Assembly: GCA_964589975.1 (NCBI GenBank)
Contig: CAZPVH010000001.1
Coordinates: 164,853 to 228,852, forward strand
DNA from: an uncultured Candidatus Saccharibacteria bacterium
GTDB lineage: Bacteria; Patescibacteriota; Minisyncoccia; Phycocordibacterales; CSBR16-119
Length of the DNA: 64,000 nt
Reading direction: 5' to 3'
A program made the translations under genes and the position numbers. The notes below the pieces were generated by a model. That model saw nothing but the letters and a program-made list of their open reading frames with translations, searched no databases and was not told where the DNA came from. Below, piece by piece: positions 44,777 to 54,298 of this stretch; within the stretch, counting starts at the first letter, position 1, and each line of letters begins with the position of its first letter.

Positions 44777-46636
44777 TTGGCTGTAGCACTACTGTTGGTA
44801 TTCTCGAAACTCATCTTTGGATGGGTCTTCATCGGTGAAACCCAGAATGGTATCATCGTGAAAAAATGGGGTGTTGGAGGAGGTGCTCGCTTGCCAGAAA
44901 ATCGCATCATCGCGACCAAAGGCGAGGCGGGTATTCAAGCCCAGATGATCGGCCCCGGTCTCCACCTCTGGTACTGGCCATGGATGTACTCTGTCACCAA
45001 ACAAGGTGTGACCGAGGTACCCAACGGACAGATCGGTATCGTGGAAGCCATCGATGGAGACAAACTGGAAGATGGCGCGATTCTCGCCCGTAAAGTCGTG
45101 GACTGCAACAACTTCCAAGATGCAGCCGCCTTCATACGAAATGGAGGACAAAAGGGCTGGCAGTTGAACTACCTGACCGCAGGTCAGTACCGTATCAACA
45201 AACAACTGTTTCGAATCGAAATGGTTGCCGCTACGAATATTCCTTCGGACGACATCGGTCTGGTGACGACGCTTGACGGTACACCACTCCCAACTGGCAA
45301 GATTGCCGGAGAAGAAGTGGCCGGTCATGCCCATTATCAAAACGCTGAGGCCTTCCTGAAAGGGGGAGGGTTCCGTGGTCTGCAGGAGCAGATACTTTTG
45401 CCGGGTAACTGGTATATCAACCCGAAGTTTGCCCGTGTGGATATGATAAAAATGACCGAGGTGCCAGTTGGCTTCGTGGGCGTCGTGAACTCATTCATCG
45501 GACAAGACGGGGAAGACACCAGCGGAGAAGGTTTTACTCACGGAAACATCGTGAAGAAGGGCCAAAAGGGTATCTGGAACGAGACGTTCGATCCAGGTCT
45601 TTATCCAATTAATACACGCTTGATGAAAGTTGTGTTGGTACCCACGACGAATATCGTGCTCAACTGGGCTGAAAAGGGAGAGGATCACAACTTGGACAAG
45701 GATTTGGATACGATCCAGCTTCGGTCAAAAGATGGCTTCACTTTCAAGCTCGACGTGACGCAGGTGGTTAACATCTCAAGCGTTGCTGCTCCGAAGGTTA
45801 TCGCACGCTTCGGCTCCATGGAGAACATGGTGTCGCAGGTGCTCGAGCCGACCATCGATTCTTACTTCCGCAATTCGGCGCAAACCAGCGACGCGCTCGA
45901 CTTCGTCGATCATCGCGCGGAGCGTCAAGCGGAAGCGAAGGCTCACATCAACAATATCCTGGACAAGCACAACATCGTTGGTGTAGATACGCTCATCGGT
46001 GATATCGAGCCGCCTAAGCAGCTGATGGAGATTCTTTCGGACAGAAAGATCGCTCAGCAACAGCAGGCGATGTTCGAAATGCAGATGGCGTCGGAAGGCA
46101 AGCGTCAGGAGTATGTGAAGGCCAAGACAGCCGCTGACAAAGAAGCGCACCTGACAGCAGCTCGCTACGACAAAGACATCGCAACTCAGCAAGCAGCTGC
46201 AAAAGTTGAAGCTGCAAAAGGTGACAAGGAGGCGGCGGTTATCGCAGCGCAGGGTGAGGTCATTGTTCTTACCACTGTCGGCGATGCCAAGGCCCAGAAC
46301 ATCAAAGCGGTTGGCGGCGCGGAGGCGGACGTGATCAAACAGAAGACCTCAGCTATGGGCACCAAGGAATTCGCCATGGTACAGGTCGCCCAAACACTAG
46401 CAGAGCACAAGATCCAACTCGTGCCTCAGATCCTGGTGCAGGGCGGTGCTCAGAGTGGCGGTACCGGCAGTATCCTCGAAGCCCTCATCGGTAACGAGAT
46501 GTTGAAGGACCTCCGGAACAAGAGTCCCGAGTCCGTGAAGAAGGAACCAGATGCTCCTGCGGCATCATCAACACCGGAAGCACCAGCCCCTCCATCAGCG
46601 CCGAATGCTGAAGGCGGAGGTGTGAAGGGCTCATAG
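44777..46636 (+). CDS. Flotillin-like SPFH/band-7 domain protein
   Basis: N-terminal TM, SPFH domain, long Ala/Glu/Gln-rich coiled coil (flotillin EA repeats); GC clearly elevated. Confidence 0.75.
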   Translation: MAVALLLVFSKLIFGWVFIGETQNGIIVKKWGVGGGARLPENRIIATKGEAGIQAQMIGPGLHLWYWPWMYSVTKQGVTEVPNGQIGIVEAIDGDKLEDGAILARKVVDCNNFQDAAAFIRNGGQKGWQLNYLTAGQYRINKQLFRIEMVAATNIPSDDIGLVTTLDGTPLPTGKIAGEEVAGHAHYQNAEAFLKGGGFRGLQEQILLPGNWYINPKFARVDMIKMTEVPVGFVGVVNSFIGQDGEDTSGEGFTHGNIVKKGQKGIWNETFDPGLYPINTRLMKVVLVPTTNIVLNWAEKGEDHNLDKDLDTIQLRSKDGFTFKLDVTQVVNISSVAAPKVIARFGSMENMVSQVLEPTIDSYFRNSAQTSDALDFVDHRAERQAEAKAHINNILDKHNIVGVDTLIGDIEPPKQLMEILSDRKIAQQQQAMFEMQMASEGKRQEYVKAKTAADKEAHLTAARYDKDIATQQAAAKVEAAKGDKEAAVIAAQGEVIVLTTVGDAKAQNIKAVGGAEADVIKQKTSAMGTKEFAMVQVAQTLAEHKIQLVPQILVQGGAQSGGTGSILEALIGNEMLKDLRNKSPESVKKEPDAPAASSTPEAPAPPSAPNAEGGGVKGS

Positions 46637-46659
46637 CCTGACTTACAAATTCATATGGA

Positions 46660-46690
46660 GGCCCCCGACATTGTCGGGGGCCTTTACATT
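46660..46690 (+). terminator. Intrinsic terminator
   Basis: ggcccccgacattgtcgggggcc plus a T-rich tail. Confidence 0.7.
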
Positions 46691-46721
46691 TTTATATGAT
46701 TTCTTTGGTATACTTTTATCC

Positions 46722-47825
46722 ATGTCATCCATCGGCAAATCCGACAAAGTTTTTTTGTATACGGTAATTATTCTCCTGGTCTTTGGATTCTTCTGCTTCG
46801 TGTCCGCGTCATTTGGAATCTTGGCGGCGAATTCGTCAAAGTTTTGGAGCGTAGTTGTCAGTCAGTTCCTTGGGCTAGTCTTTGGCGGTATTCTCATGTA
46901 CGTTCTTTCTCGAGTTGATTATAAAGTCTGGCGAAAGAATGCATTTTATTTATTCCTCATCTCAATCGGCCTGACCCTCCTGGTATTTATCCCATCAATC
47001 AGTCTTGAGCACGGAGGCGCCAGACGCTGGATTTCTTTTGGCCCAGTTTCGTTCCAGCCGGTCGAACTTTTAAAAATCGCTTTTGTTATATATTTCGCTG
47101 GGTGGTTGTCGTGGGTAAAGGGGAAAGCCAAGCAGGTTCGTTACGGTGTCTTGCCGCTTGTCGCCATGCTCGGTATTGTTGCGGCTATTCTTCTACAACA
47201 GCCTGATACAAAAAGCATCATTCTCATTTTCGTTGCTTCAGCCTGTATGCTCATGCTCTCCGGCGTACCGTGGAAATATATCGGAATCGCTTTTGGCATC
47301 GGTGTTTTTATGTTTGGAGTCTTGGCGTTCACTAAGCCATACCTCGTGAAGCGAATCACGACATTTATGGATCCAACTTCCGATCTTCAGGGTGCATCCT
47401 ATCAGCTCCAGCAGTCATTGATCGCGATTGGTTCCGGCGGCGTCTTTGGACGCGGTTGGGGAGAGAGCGTGCAGAAATTTACTTATCTTCCGGAACCGCA
47501 CGGCGACTCGATCTTTGCTGTTATTGGCGAGGAATTCGGCTTTATTGGCACCTCGTTTGTTGTTGTGATGTATCTCATTTTTGGTCTCCGCGGCCTTCGG
47601 ATTGCGTATCGGGCGCCGGATTCTTTTGGTAGACTAATGGTTGCCGGAATTGTTATACTACTTCTCGCGCAGTCGTTCTTGAATATTGCCTCCATCATCG
47701 GCCTTTTCCCATTGACCGGTGTTCCGCTGGTCTTCATAAGTCATGGCGGAACAAGTCTCATGATAGCCATGGCGGCGGTCGGCATAATCCTGAATGTCTC
47801 CAAATATCAACTGAGCAACAAATAG
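46722..47825 (+). CDS. ftsW: SEDS-family peptidoglycan glycosyltransferase FtsW/RodA
   Basis: 10 TM helices; RWISFGPVSFQPVELLK, GIAFGIGVFMFG and related conserved blocks. Confidence 0.85.
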   Translation: MSSIGKSDKVFLYTVIILLVFGFFCFVSASFGILAANSSKFWSVVVSQFLGLVFGGILMYVLSRVDYKVWRKNAFYLFLISIGLTLLVFIPSISLEHGGARRWISFGPVSFQPVELLKIAFVIYFAGWLSWVKGKAKQVRYGVLPLVAMLGIVAAILLQQPDTKSIILIFVASACMLMLSGVPWKYIGIAFGIGVFMFGVLAFTKPYLVKRITTFMDPTSDLQGASYQLQQSLIAIGSGGVFGRGWGESVQKFTYLPEPHGDSIFAVIGEEFGFIGTSFVVVMYLIFGLRGLRIAYRAPDSFGRLMVAGIVILLLAQSFLNIASIIGLFPLTGVPLVFISHGGTSLMIAMAAVGIILNVSKYQLSNK

Positions 47826-47950
47826 TGGGCATGAATCCCGTTAGAAGCCGCGGCCGCTGTGAATTAAATATCATATGAAGAGAATCAAATTAAATTTTAT
47901 AAAAAATAACAGGGTGGGTGGCGGAACGACCGCGACCTGCTTCTAACCGG

Positions 47951-49081
47951 ATGAAAGTTCTACTTACAGGCGGAGGTTCTGGAGGACATGTATATCCGCT
48001 TATTGCTGTGGCGGAAAAACTTCGCGAGCTTACACTTACTGAAAAAATCCTCGATATGGAGCTTTTCTATATTTCTGATACACCGTATGATCAGTCTGCT
48101 CTCGATGATAACGAAATTAAATTTCAAAAGCTTGAAACCGGAAAACAGCGGACATATTTTGCACTCGAAAATATTTTCGATATCTTCAAAACTTTTTTCG
48201 CAACTATGAAGGCGCTCTTTATGGTCTACCAGATAATGCCCGACGTTGTTTTTTCAAAAGGTGGCTATCCGTCAGTTCCAGTAACTCTTGCCGCTAGGTT
48301 TCTCGGGATTCCTGTCATTATTCACGAGTCGGACACCGTTCCGGGTCGCGCGAATAAAATGGCTTCAAAATGGGCAAAGAAAATCGCTATCTCTTTCCGC
48401 GAAGCGGCAGACTATTTCCCAAAAGAAAAAACCGCTTTTGTGGGACACATTGTCCGTCCAGAAGTCAGGAGCCCACTTAAAGAAGGAGCATTTGAATATC
48501 TAAAACTAAAATCAGTATTGCCCGTGGTTTATATTGTTGGAGGATCTCAAGGGGCAAAACTTATAAATGATTGTGTTTTGGACGCGTTGCCCGAGATGGT
48601 TACTCGCTACCAGGTGATTCATCAGACAGGTACAAAAAATTTCGAAGAGGTAAAAAATATGGCTGACATTATTCTAAAGGAATCCGGAGGTACAGAAAAT
48701 TATTATCCATTTCCATATCTTAATAAGCTCGCAGTCAGAATGTCAGCCGGTGTAGCCGCAGTAATTGTTTCAAGGGCCGGCGCAGCTTCAATCGGTGAGA
48801 TTGCTTGCTGGGGCAAACCTTCCATCCTTATCCCAATCACAAAGTCTAATGGAAATCATCAGCGTAAAAATGCCTTCAGCTACGCTGAGACCGGAGCCTG
48901 TGTTGTTATTGAAGAAGCAAATTTAAAACCGCATGTGCTACTAGAGGAAATTGATCGCATCACTAATGATGCCGAATTAGCAAAGAAAATGTCCGAGTCG
49001 GCAAAGGAGTTTGTTTATCCTGATGCAGAGGAAAAGATCGCTAGAGCAATTATAAGTATTGGTCTCGCTCATGAAAGATAG
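47951..49081 (+). CDS. murG: MurG, UDP-GlcNAc:lipid I N-acetylglucosaminyltransferase
   Basis: MKVLLTGGGSGGHVYPLIAVAEKL; C-terminal GT-B domain. Confidence 0.9.
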   Translation: MKVLLTGGGSGGHVYPLIAVAEKLRELTLTEKILDMELFYISDTPYDQSALDDNEIKFQKLETGKQRTYFALENIFDIFKTFFATMKALFMVYQIMPDVVFSKGGYPSVPVTLAARFLGIPVIIHESDTVPGRANKMASKWAKKIAISFREAADYFPKEKTAFVGHIVRPEVRSPLKEGAFEYLKLKSVLPVVYIVGGSQGAKLINDCVLDALPEMVTRYQVIHQTGTKNFEEVKNMADIILKESGGTENYYPFPYLNKLAVRMSAGVAAVIVSRAGAASIGEIACWGKPSILIPITKSNGNHQRKNAFSYAETGACVVIEEANLKPHVLLEEIDRITNDAELAKKMSESAKEFVYPDAEEKIARAIISIGLAHER

Positions 49082-50369
49082 TATCGTAACCAGAATGGCC
49101 CCGTCGCCGACGGGCAAGTTTCATGTCGGTTCTGCTCGAACGGCGCTTTTTTCTTATCTTTTTTCTCGTCATCATAATGGTAGGTTTATCTTGCGAATCG
49201 AAGATACTGACAAAGAGCGCTCGAAATCAGAGTTCGAACAAAACATTATAGACTCATTCGAGTGGCTGGGGTTAAAGTACGACGAATTCTTTCGCCAATC
49301 TGAGCGCACAGCAATATACAAAGATCACATTCAGAAATTAATTGATAATGGTTCGGCGTATGTGTCCCAGGAAGAAGCCGGGGAGGGGAAGAGGGGAGAA
49401 GTAATCCGCTTCAGGAATCCTAATACCAAAATCAAATTCACTGATGTGATTTTGGGTGATATTGAAATTGATTCGACGGATCTCAAAGACTTCGTGATTG
49501 CCAAAGATTTGGACACACCGCTGTACCACTTGACAGTTGTTGTGGATGATGGTCTTATGGAAGTTAGCCACGTGATTCGGGCCCAGGAGCATATTGCCAA
49601 TACCCCTCGGCAAATCCTTATTTTAGAGGCTTTAGGCTTCCAGAGGCCCGTATATGCTCATATACCGCTTGTTTTGGCGCCGGACAAGACCAAGCTTTCC
49701 AAACGACACGGCGCTACTGCCCTCCTGGACTTCCGAGATATGGGGTACCTCCCAGAAGCAGTCATAAACTTCTTGGCATTCCTTGGCTGGAATCCTGGGA
49801 CCGAACAGGAGCTTTTTACAATGGACGAGCTTATTCGCGATTTCTCTCTTGAAAAAGTTGGTACTGGCGGCGGAGTTTTCAATATTGAAAAGCTTGATTG
49901 GTTCAATAAAGAATATTTAAAAAAGCTTCCTGAAGCGGAAATTATTATGGAGGTCAGGAAACGCCTAGATCTCTCGGACGAAATGCTAAAGCGCGCTTTG
50001 CCATCAATCATGGAGCGAATTTCAAAATGGAAAGATTTGGAAAACGAATCAGAATTTGGATTTTATAAAGACGCGGGGGATTATGCCGCGGAAAATCTGA
50101 TCTGGAAGAAGTCCGACAATGAAAAGACTTTGGCGCACCTTGGAAAAGTTAAGGAACTACTCCAAAATGCAGATTACTCATCTGTTGAGTCTGTGAAATC
50201 GGCTGTCTGGGATTACGCCGAAGCCGCCGGACGCGGAGATGTCCTTTGGCCGCTTCGCTATTCACTCTCCGGCAAGGATAAATCACCTGATCCATTCACT
50301 TTGGCTTACATTTTAGGGAAAGATGAGGCAGTTTCTCGTATCGAGAATGCCATTGAAAAATTAGGTTAA
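49071..50369 (+). CDS. gltX: Glutamate--tRNA ligase (short form)
   Basis: RMAPSPTGKFHVGSARTALF (HIGH) and KLSKRHG; 11-nt overlap with murG. Confidence 0.9.
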   Translation: MKDSIVTRMAPSPTGKFHVGSARTALFSYLFSRHHNGRFILRIEDTDKERSKSEFEQNIIDSFEWLGLKYDEFFRQSERTAIYKDHIQKLIDNGSAYVSQEEAGEGKRGEVIRFRNPNTKIKFTDVILGDIEIDSTDLKDFVIAKDLDTPLYHLTVVVDDGLMEVSHVIRAQEHIANTPRQILILEALGFQRPVYAHIPLVLAPDKTKLSKRHGATALLDFRDMGYLPEAVINFLAFLGWNPGTEQELFTMDELIRDFSLEKVGTGGGVFNIEKLDWFNKEYLKKLPEAEIIMEVRKRLDLSDEMLKRALPSIMERISKWKDLENESEFGFYKDAGDYAAENLIWKKSDNEKTLAHLGKVKELLQNADYSSVESVKSAVWDYAEAAGRGDVLWPLRYSLSGKDKSPDPFTLAYILGKDEAVSRIENAIEKLG

Positions 50370-50381
50370 GTGGATACAAAA

Positions 50382-50410
50382 AACGGGCCGGCCATGATGG
50401 CCGACCCGTT
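50382..50410 (-). terminator. Terminator hairpin (T-run on the minus strand only)
   Basis: aacgggccggccatgatggccgacccgtt preceded on plus by an A-run. Confidence 0.5.
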
Positions 50411-50427
50411 GCACTTCCAGCTCCTTT

Positions 50428-50610
50428 TTAGCACTTGTTAGGGTCTCCTTCTTCGAGTCGTTGCTGGGTCCATTCACCGCCGAGCGGTGTTGTGGGTTTT
50501 GTTCCCAGGCACACATTGCAGTGACAGGTGTCAGTGTTGGGCTCATTGAACACATCGCCAGGCGGGGGTGTGGGAACGTGACCTGGGGGAAAGGACTTAG
50601 GTTCAGGCAT
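50428..50610 (-). CDS. Possible small Cys/Pro-rich protein (60 aa)
   Basis: CHCNVC...C; supported only by a minus-strand terminator immediately downstream. Confidence 0.25.
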   Translation of the reverse strand: MPEPKSFPPGHVPTPPPGDVFNEPNTDTCHCNVCLGTKPTTPLGGEWTQQRLEEGDPNKC

Positions 50611-50704
50611 GATCTTGATTTGTTGGTTTACCCTTAAACTACTTCAACATTATTCATTGGTCAAGCTTTTTGCTTTATTTACTCCTAGGAAATATACTTA
50701 GGAG

Positions 50705-52009
50705 GTGAATAGAAGTTTCAAAATCATATTTTTTATTATCGTAATTGCTGCTTTCGGCAGAGCCTTCGCGCAATCCGACCTGGAAGCCGAGCTTGAGGCG
50801 AAGAGAAAAGCCAAGGCTGAGCTAGAAGAACAGCTTCGACAAGATCAATTGAAACTCGATGCAGTGAGTAAAGAAAAGAATACTCTGAATAAGGCTGTCA
50901 CAGAGCTCGACCTCACCGGCAAGAAGCTTTCAACGGAGGTTCGACTGACAGAGTCAAAAATAAATGAGACAGAATCCACAATTAAGAATTTGAACCTGAC
51001 CATTGCGGAGAAAGAAGAGAAGATTGGAATTTTCAAAAAAACTATAGGGGTCGGTATCCAAGACTTGCACGACTTTGACCAAGAGCCCTTTATCGTTTCT
51101 GTTATCGCCAAAGGTTCGATCACGGAAGCCATGACTATTGCCGACAGTCGCCGAACGCTAAACCGAGAACTGGGGCGCGCGATTCACAATCTGTTTTCTG
51201 AGAAAGAGCTTCTAGCGCTGGATAAAAGAAACCGTGAAGAGAAAAAAGAAGAACTTTTAGATTACAAAGGGGAAGTGGTGGAGGAGAAAAAAGAAATCGA
51301 CAAGAATAAGAGCGAGAAGACCGTACTTCTAAACAGGACCAAGCAGCAGGAGGCCGAGTATCAGAAAATGATCGAGGAAAAGCTTCGGCTTCAGGCTCAG
51401 TTTGAAGACGAACTGGCTGCCATCGAAGCGCAGATTGAATTTGATCTTGATCCAAACTCTTATCCGAAAGCTAAAAATGGAACTCTGACCTGGCCGCTTG
51501 AGCACGTTTTGATCACTCAGGGATTCGGCCAGACCGCGAGCTCTTTGAAACTGTATAGTTACCGGACTGGAGCATGGGCCGGCAAGCATGCTGGCGTAGA
51601 TTTCCGAGCAAATAACGACAGAGTCTTGGCTATGGGCGACGGCGTGGTTGTCGGTGCCGGCAACACGGATCAGGTTTGCCCGAAGGCTTCGACAGGAGTC
51701 TGGCTTCTCATAAAATATGACAACGGCCTCGCCAACACCTTCTTCCACCTCTCGTCGACGCTCGTGAAGGCGGGCGACAGGGTGAAGGCCGGCGACTTGG
51801 TCGCGTACAGCGGCAACACTGGATACTCGACAGCGCCGCATCTACATGTCGGTGTTATGCCTGCTTCAGCGGTCTCTGTTAAAACGTGGGCTTCCAAAGG
51901 CTGCCCAGGCAAAAACTACACGACGCCGGTCGTGGCGAACTCGCTTTATCTAAATCCACTCGATTACATGCCAAAGGCAGCCGCCAATATGTTCAAGGAA
52001 AATCTATAA
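50705..52009 (+). CDS. M23-family metallopeptidase with an N-terminal coiled coil (EnvC/NlpD-like)
   Basis: signal peptide, coiled coil, C-terminal HAGVDFRA...YSGNTGYSTAPHLHVGV; probable GTG start beside AGGAGG. Confidence 0.8.
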   Translation: MNRSFKIIFFIIVIAAFGRAFAQSDLEAELEAKRKAKAELEEQLRQDQLKLDAVSKEKNTLNKAVTELDLTGKKLSTEVRLTESKINETESTIKNLNLTIAEKEEKIGIFKKTIGVGIQDLHDFDQEPFIVSVIAKGSITEAMTIADSRRTLNRELGRAIHNLFSEKELLALDKRNREEKKEELLDYKGEVVEEKKEIDKNKSEKTVLLNRTKQQEAEYQKMIEEKLRLQAQFEDELAAIEAQIEFDLDPNSYPKAKNGTLTWPLEHVLITQGFGQTASSLKLYSYRTGAWAGKHAGVDFRANNDRVLAMGDGVVVGAGNTDQVCPKASTGVWLLIKYDNGLANTFFHLSSTLVKAGDRVKAGDLVAYSGNTGYSTAPHLHVGVMPASAVSVKTWASKGCPGKNYTTPVVANSLYLNPLDYMPKAAANMFKENL

Positions 52010-52041
52010 ATATAAGGACCCTCGCTTCGCCGTCAGGAAAT

Positions 52042-52299
52042 ATGAAAACGTTTAAGGAAAAAGTTTTAGACGTCGTTAGAAAAATTCCAAAAGGGAAAAC
52101 TTTAACGTACAAGGATGTGGCCGTGAAAGCAGGGGCGCCAGGCGCGGCTCGGGCTGTCGGCACCATAATGTCCGGAAACTATCTTCCCGATGTTCCGTGT
52201 CACAGAGTCGTGAGGTCGGACGGGAAGATCGGACACTACAATCGCGGCGGCCAAGCGGCCAAGTGGAAACTGTTAAAAACCGAAGGCGCGCTTAAATAA
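52042..52299 (+). CDS. Methylated-DNA-protein-cysteine methyltransferase DNA-binding-domain-only protein (86 aa, active-site PCHRV retained)
   Basis: TYKDVAVKAGAPGAARAVGTIMSGNYLPDVPCHRVVRSDGKIGHY. Confidence 0.65.
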   Translation: MKTFKEKVLDVVRKIPKGKTLTYKDVAVKAGAPGAARAVGTIMSGNYLPDVPCHRVVRSDGKIGHYNRGGQAAKWKLLKTEGALK

Positions 52300-52321
52300 G
52301 TTTTGATACAATATATTCATC

Positions 52322-52660
52322 ATGATTAGGCTCTTGGTAGTCGCAATTCTCCTTTTAGTAATTCTTGGGCTTCTTGGCGTGTCTGTTCAGCATGATATTG
52401 TCGAGAATCCGGGAGTTCAAGAAAATACTTCTTATGTTGGTACCGGTATTGCCAGCTTCTTTACCACATACCTCGCGGCGCCGTTTGATTATCTCTGGAA
52501 TGATATTTTCGTCGGCATTCTTTGGGGCACATTCGTCGAGAATATGGAGAGACTCCAGAACGGCGAACCGCCGACATACTTCCAAGGCCAGACTCAAGGC
52601 GTCATTCCGTCAATTCCGCAGATGATCGACGACTACAACGAAGCCCATCCGGCTAATTAA
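52322..52660 (+). CDS. Hypothetical membrane-anchored protein
   Basis: N-terminal TM helix; 112 aa. Confidence 0.4.
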   Translation: MIRLLVVAILLLVILGLLGVSVQHDIVENPGVQENTSYVGTGIASFFTTYLAAPFDYLWNDIFVGILWGTFVENMERLQNGEPPTYFQGQTQGVIPSIPQMIDDYNEAHPAN

Positions 52661-52666
52661 AAAGAA

Positions 52667-52692
52667 GAAGCCCTGACTTTCGTCAGGGCCTC
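52667..52692. terminator. Bidirectional terminator
   Basis: gaagccctgactttcgtcagggcctc. Confidence 0.65.
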
Positions 52693-52708
52693 TTTTCGAG
52701 TGAGCATG

Positions 52709-52924
52709 CTATTGTCCATTTCCAAGCCAAGCAAAGGCTGTAACGAAACTTCCACCGATGGCGATAGGTATGACCGTACAGGCGGTGCCTCCAAGTTCGC
52801 TGACGGGGCAGAGTGTGTAGAAGCAGAAGTCGCAACCGAACACCAGGAAGGTGATCAAATTGATTACCGCGACAAACACAGAAATGATGGAAACAACGCC
52901 GATGACGTTGAGCAGGGTTTTCAT
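52709..52924 (-). CDS. Small membrane protein (71 aa)
   Basis: two hydrophobic helices, Cys cluster. Confidence 0.35.
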   Translation of the reverse strand: MKTLLNVIGVVSIISVFVAVINLITFLVFGCDFCFYTLCPVSELGGTACTVIPIAIGGSFVTAFAWLGNGQ

Positions 52925-53029
52925 GGGTGCAGTTTTATGGTTCTAAATTTATTATATCATGAATATATACTTATGTCAATGATAAAAGCCCCGGAGTAAT
53001 CCAGGGCCTTTTTATCTTTTGTACTGAGC

Positions 53030-54286
53030 TTATACCTTAGTCGCTAGATGGTAATTCTCATACCACTCACTCGCGCCATCAGTCGGCTGCCAAAGCATGC
53101 GAATCTGCTCAACGACCATCTCGAGCTGTTGCAGGTCGCCCGTAATTGCGTCCAGAACGCGAATCATAAGGAGCGCTATCGTCAGCTCGATCTGTTGCGG
53201 AGGCATAGCGTGTCGCAGGCCGTCAAAAGTGATCGGGAAGCCTCCATTTACTAGGGTTCTCCCCTCGAGTCGGTAATTCTGATGGAGTGTGCCACTAGCG
53301 TTGCGGAATGGTACGGCGGGGAATTCGCGATCAGACGACGACATACTAATGAGCGAAACTTTAGGATGTAGTTCACTCAAGTCGTTTTCTCGCAAAACCT
53401 CTTTGCCCGACGTACCAATAATCACATCAAAGTAGGGTAACCGAGTTCGTAGCTCGTCCTCAGAACGGATGAAGTGTTCTGGCCGCAGAAGATCGAAGAC
53501 ACCCTTTAAGCCAAAAGGCTCTTTGTGGATATTATCGAGTCCAGGGTCAAACACCGCCCCCGCCAACTTATGCGAGCAGAGAAATTGTCCAGCCATCTGT
53601 CGTCCGATATGTCCGAGACCCATGATGAGAATCTTCGGATCAGTTAGTCCGGTCTCTTTCAGGTATCGGAGAGTCTTCTCTGTCCCGCATTTCCCAATGT
53701 AGGGAGATTCGTACATGAGCTTTTGATATGACCGAGCGACCGAGATCGAACGAAACTTTACGCCGGCATCTTGGATCTTGTGGTGGCCAGACGAAGTTTG
53801 TTCAATGCCAACGATGTTTGTTAGACCACTGCAGAGCTTGTTTGCCACGAGGTGCATGAATCCACCATCATCGAGGATGATCACTTTGTCGTACTTTGCC
53901 ATTGGTCGGCGAGAGATCTCACTGGCAATATAGACAGAAAGTTTCTCTTCGAACCAAGAATCAAATGAAACGAGGGGATCAAACTCATGACTGAAAGGAG
54001 CAACAATGGATCCCGTTACTTCGAGTTCACGTAGAACTTCAGCGCTAGTCGAGTAGTTCTTACCGACGACAACGCAATTTTCTGGCTTGAGACCCATTTG
54101 GAACAGGTGCTCAAACATTCGCTTTTGTGGTTCCAGCAAGTGCTGGCAAGCTAGGAGGAGCACGTTTCCGAGCCCTACCTCTTCGTAGAGTTCTGAAACT
54201 CTCTGGAGTAGGGGATAGCTGTGCATGTTATTTGTAAGGTTCAGGTTACGACTCGCTTTATAACACATAAATTCATATTTTGTCAA
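53030..54286 (-). CDS. S-adenosyl-L-homocysteine hydrolase-family (AdoHcyase-like) NAD-binding protein, divergent
   Basis: colinear blocks matching AdoHcyase: ILDDGGFMHLVAN (cf. ILDDGGDLT), GIEQTSSGHHK (cf. GISEETTTGVH), ILIMGLGHIGRQMAGQF (cf. VAGYGDVGKGCAQAL). Confidence 0.5.
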   Translation of the reverse strand: MTKYEFMCYKASRNLNLTNNMHSYPLLQRVSELYEEVGLGNVLLLACQHLLEPQKRMFEHLFQMGLKPENCVVVGKNYSTSAEVLRELEVTGSIVAPFSHEFDPLVSFDSWFEEKLSVYIASEISRRPMAKYDKVIILDDGGFMHLVANKLCSGLTNIVGIEQTSSGHHKIQDAGVKFRSISVARSYQKLMYESPYIGKCGTEKTLRYLKETGLTDPKILIMGLGHIGRQMAGQFLCSHKLAGAVFDPGLDNIHKEPFGLKGVFDLLRPEHFIRSEDELRTRLPYFDVIIGTSGKEVLRENDLSELHPKVSLISMSSSDREFPAVPFRNASGTLHQNYRLEGRTLVNGGFPITFDGLRHAMPPQQIELTIALLMIRVLDAITGDLQQLEMVVEQIRMLWQPTDGASEWYENYHLATKV

Positions 54287-54298
54287 TACAAATATTAA

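Noticed and set aside
44789-46410. Multiple antisense and alternate-frame ORFs (44789..45340, 45776..46192, 46014..46217 and others) in the flotillin gene
   Set aside because: These are an artefact of the elevated GC. The plus-frame SPFH protein is unambiguous.
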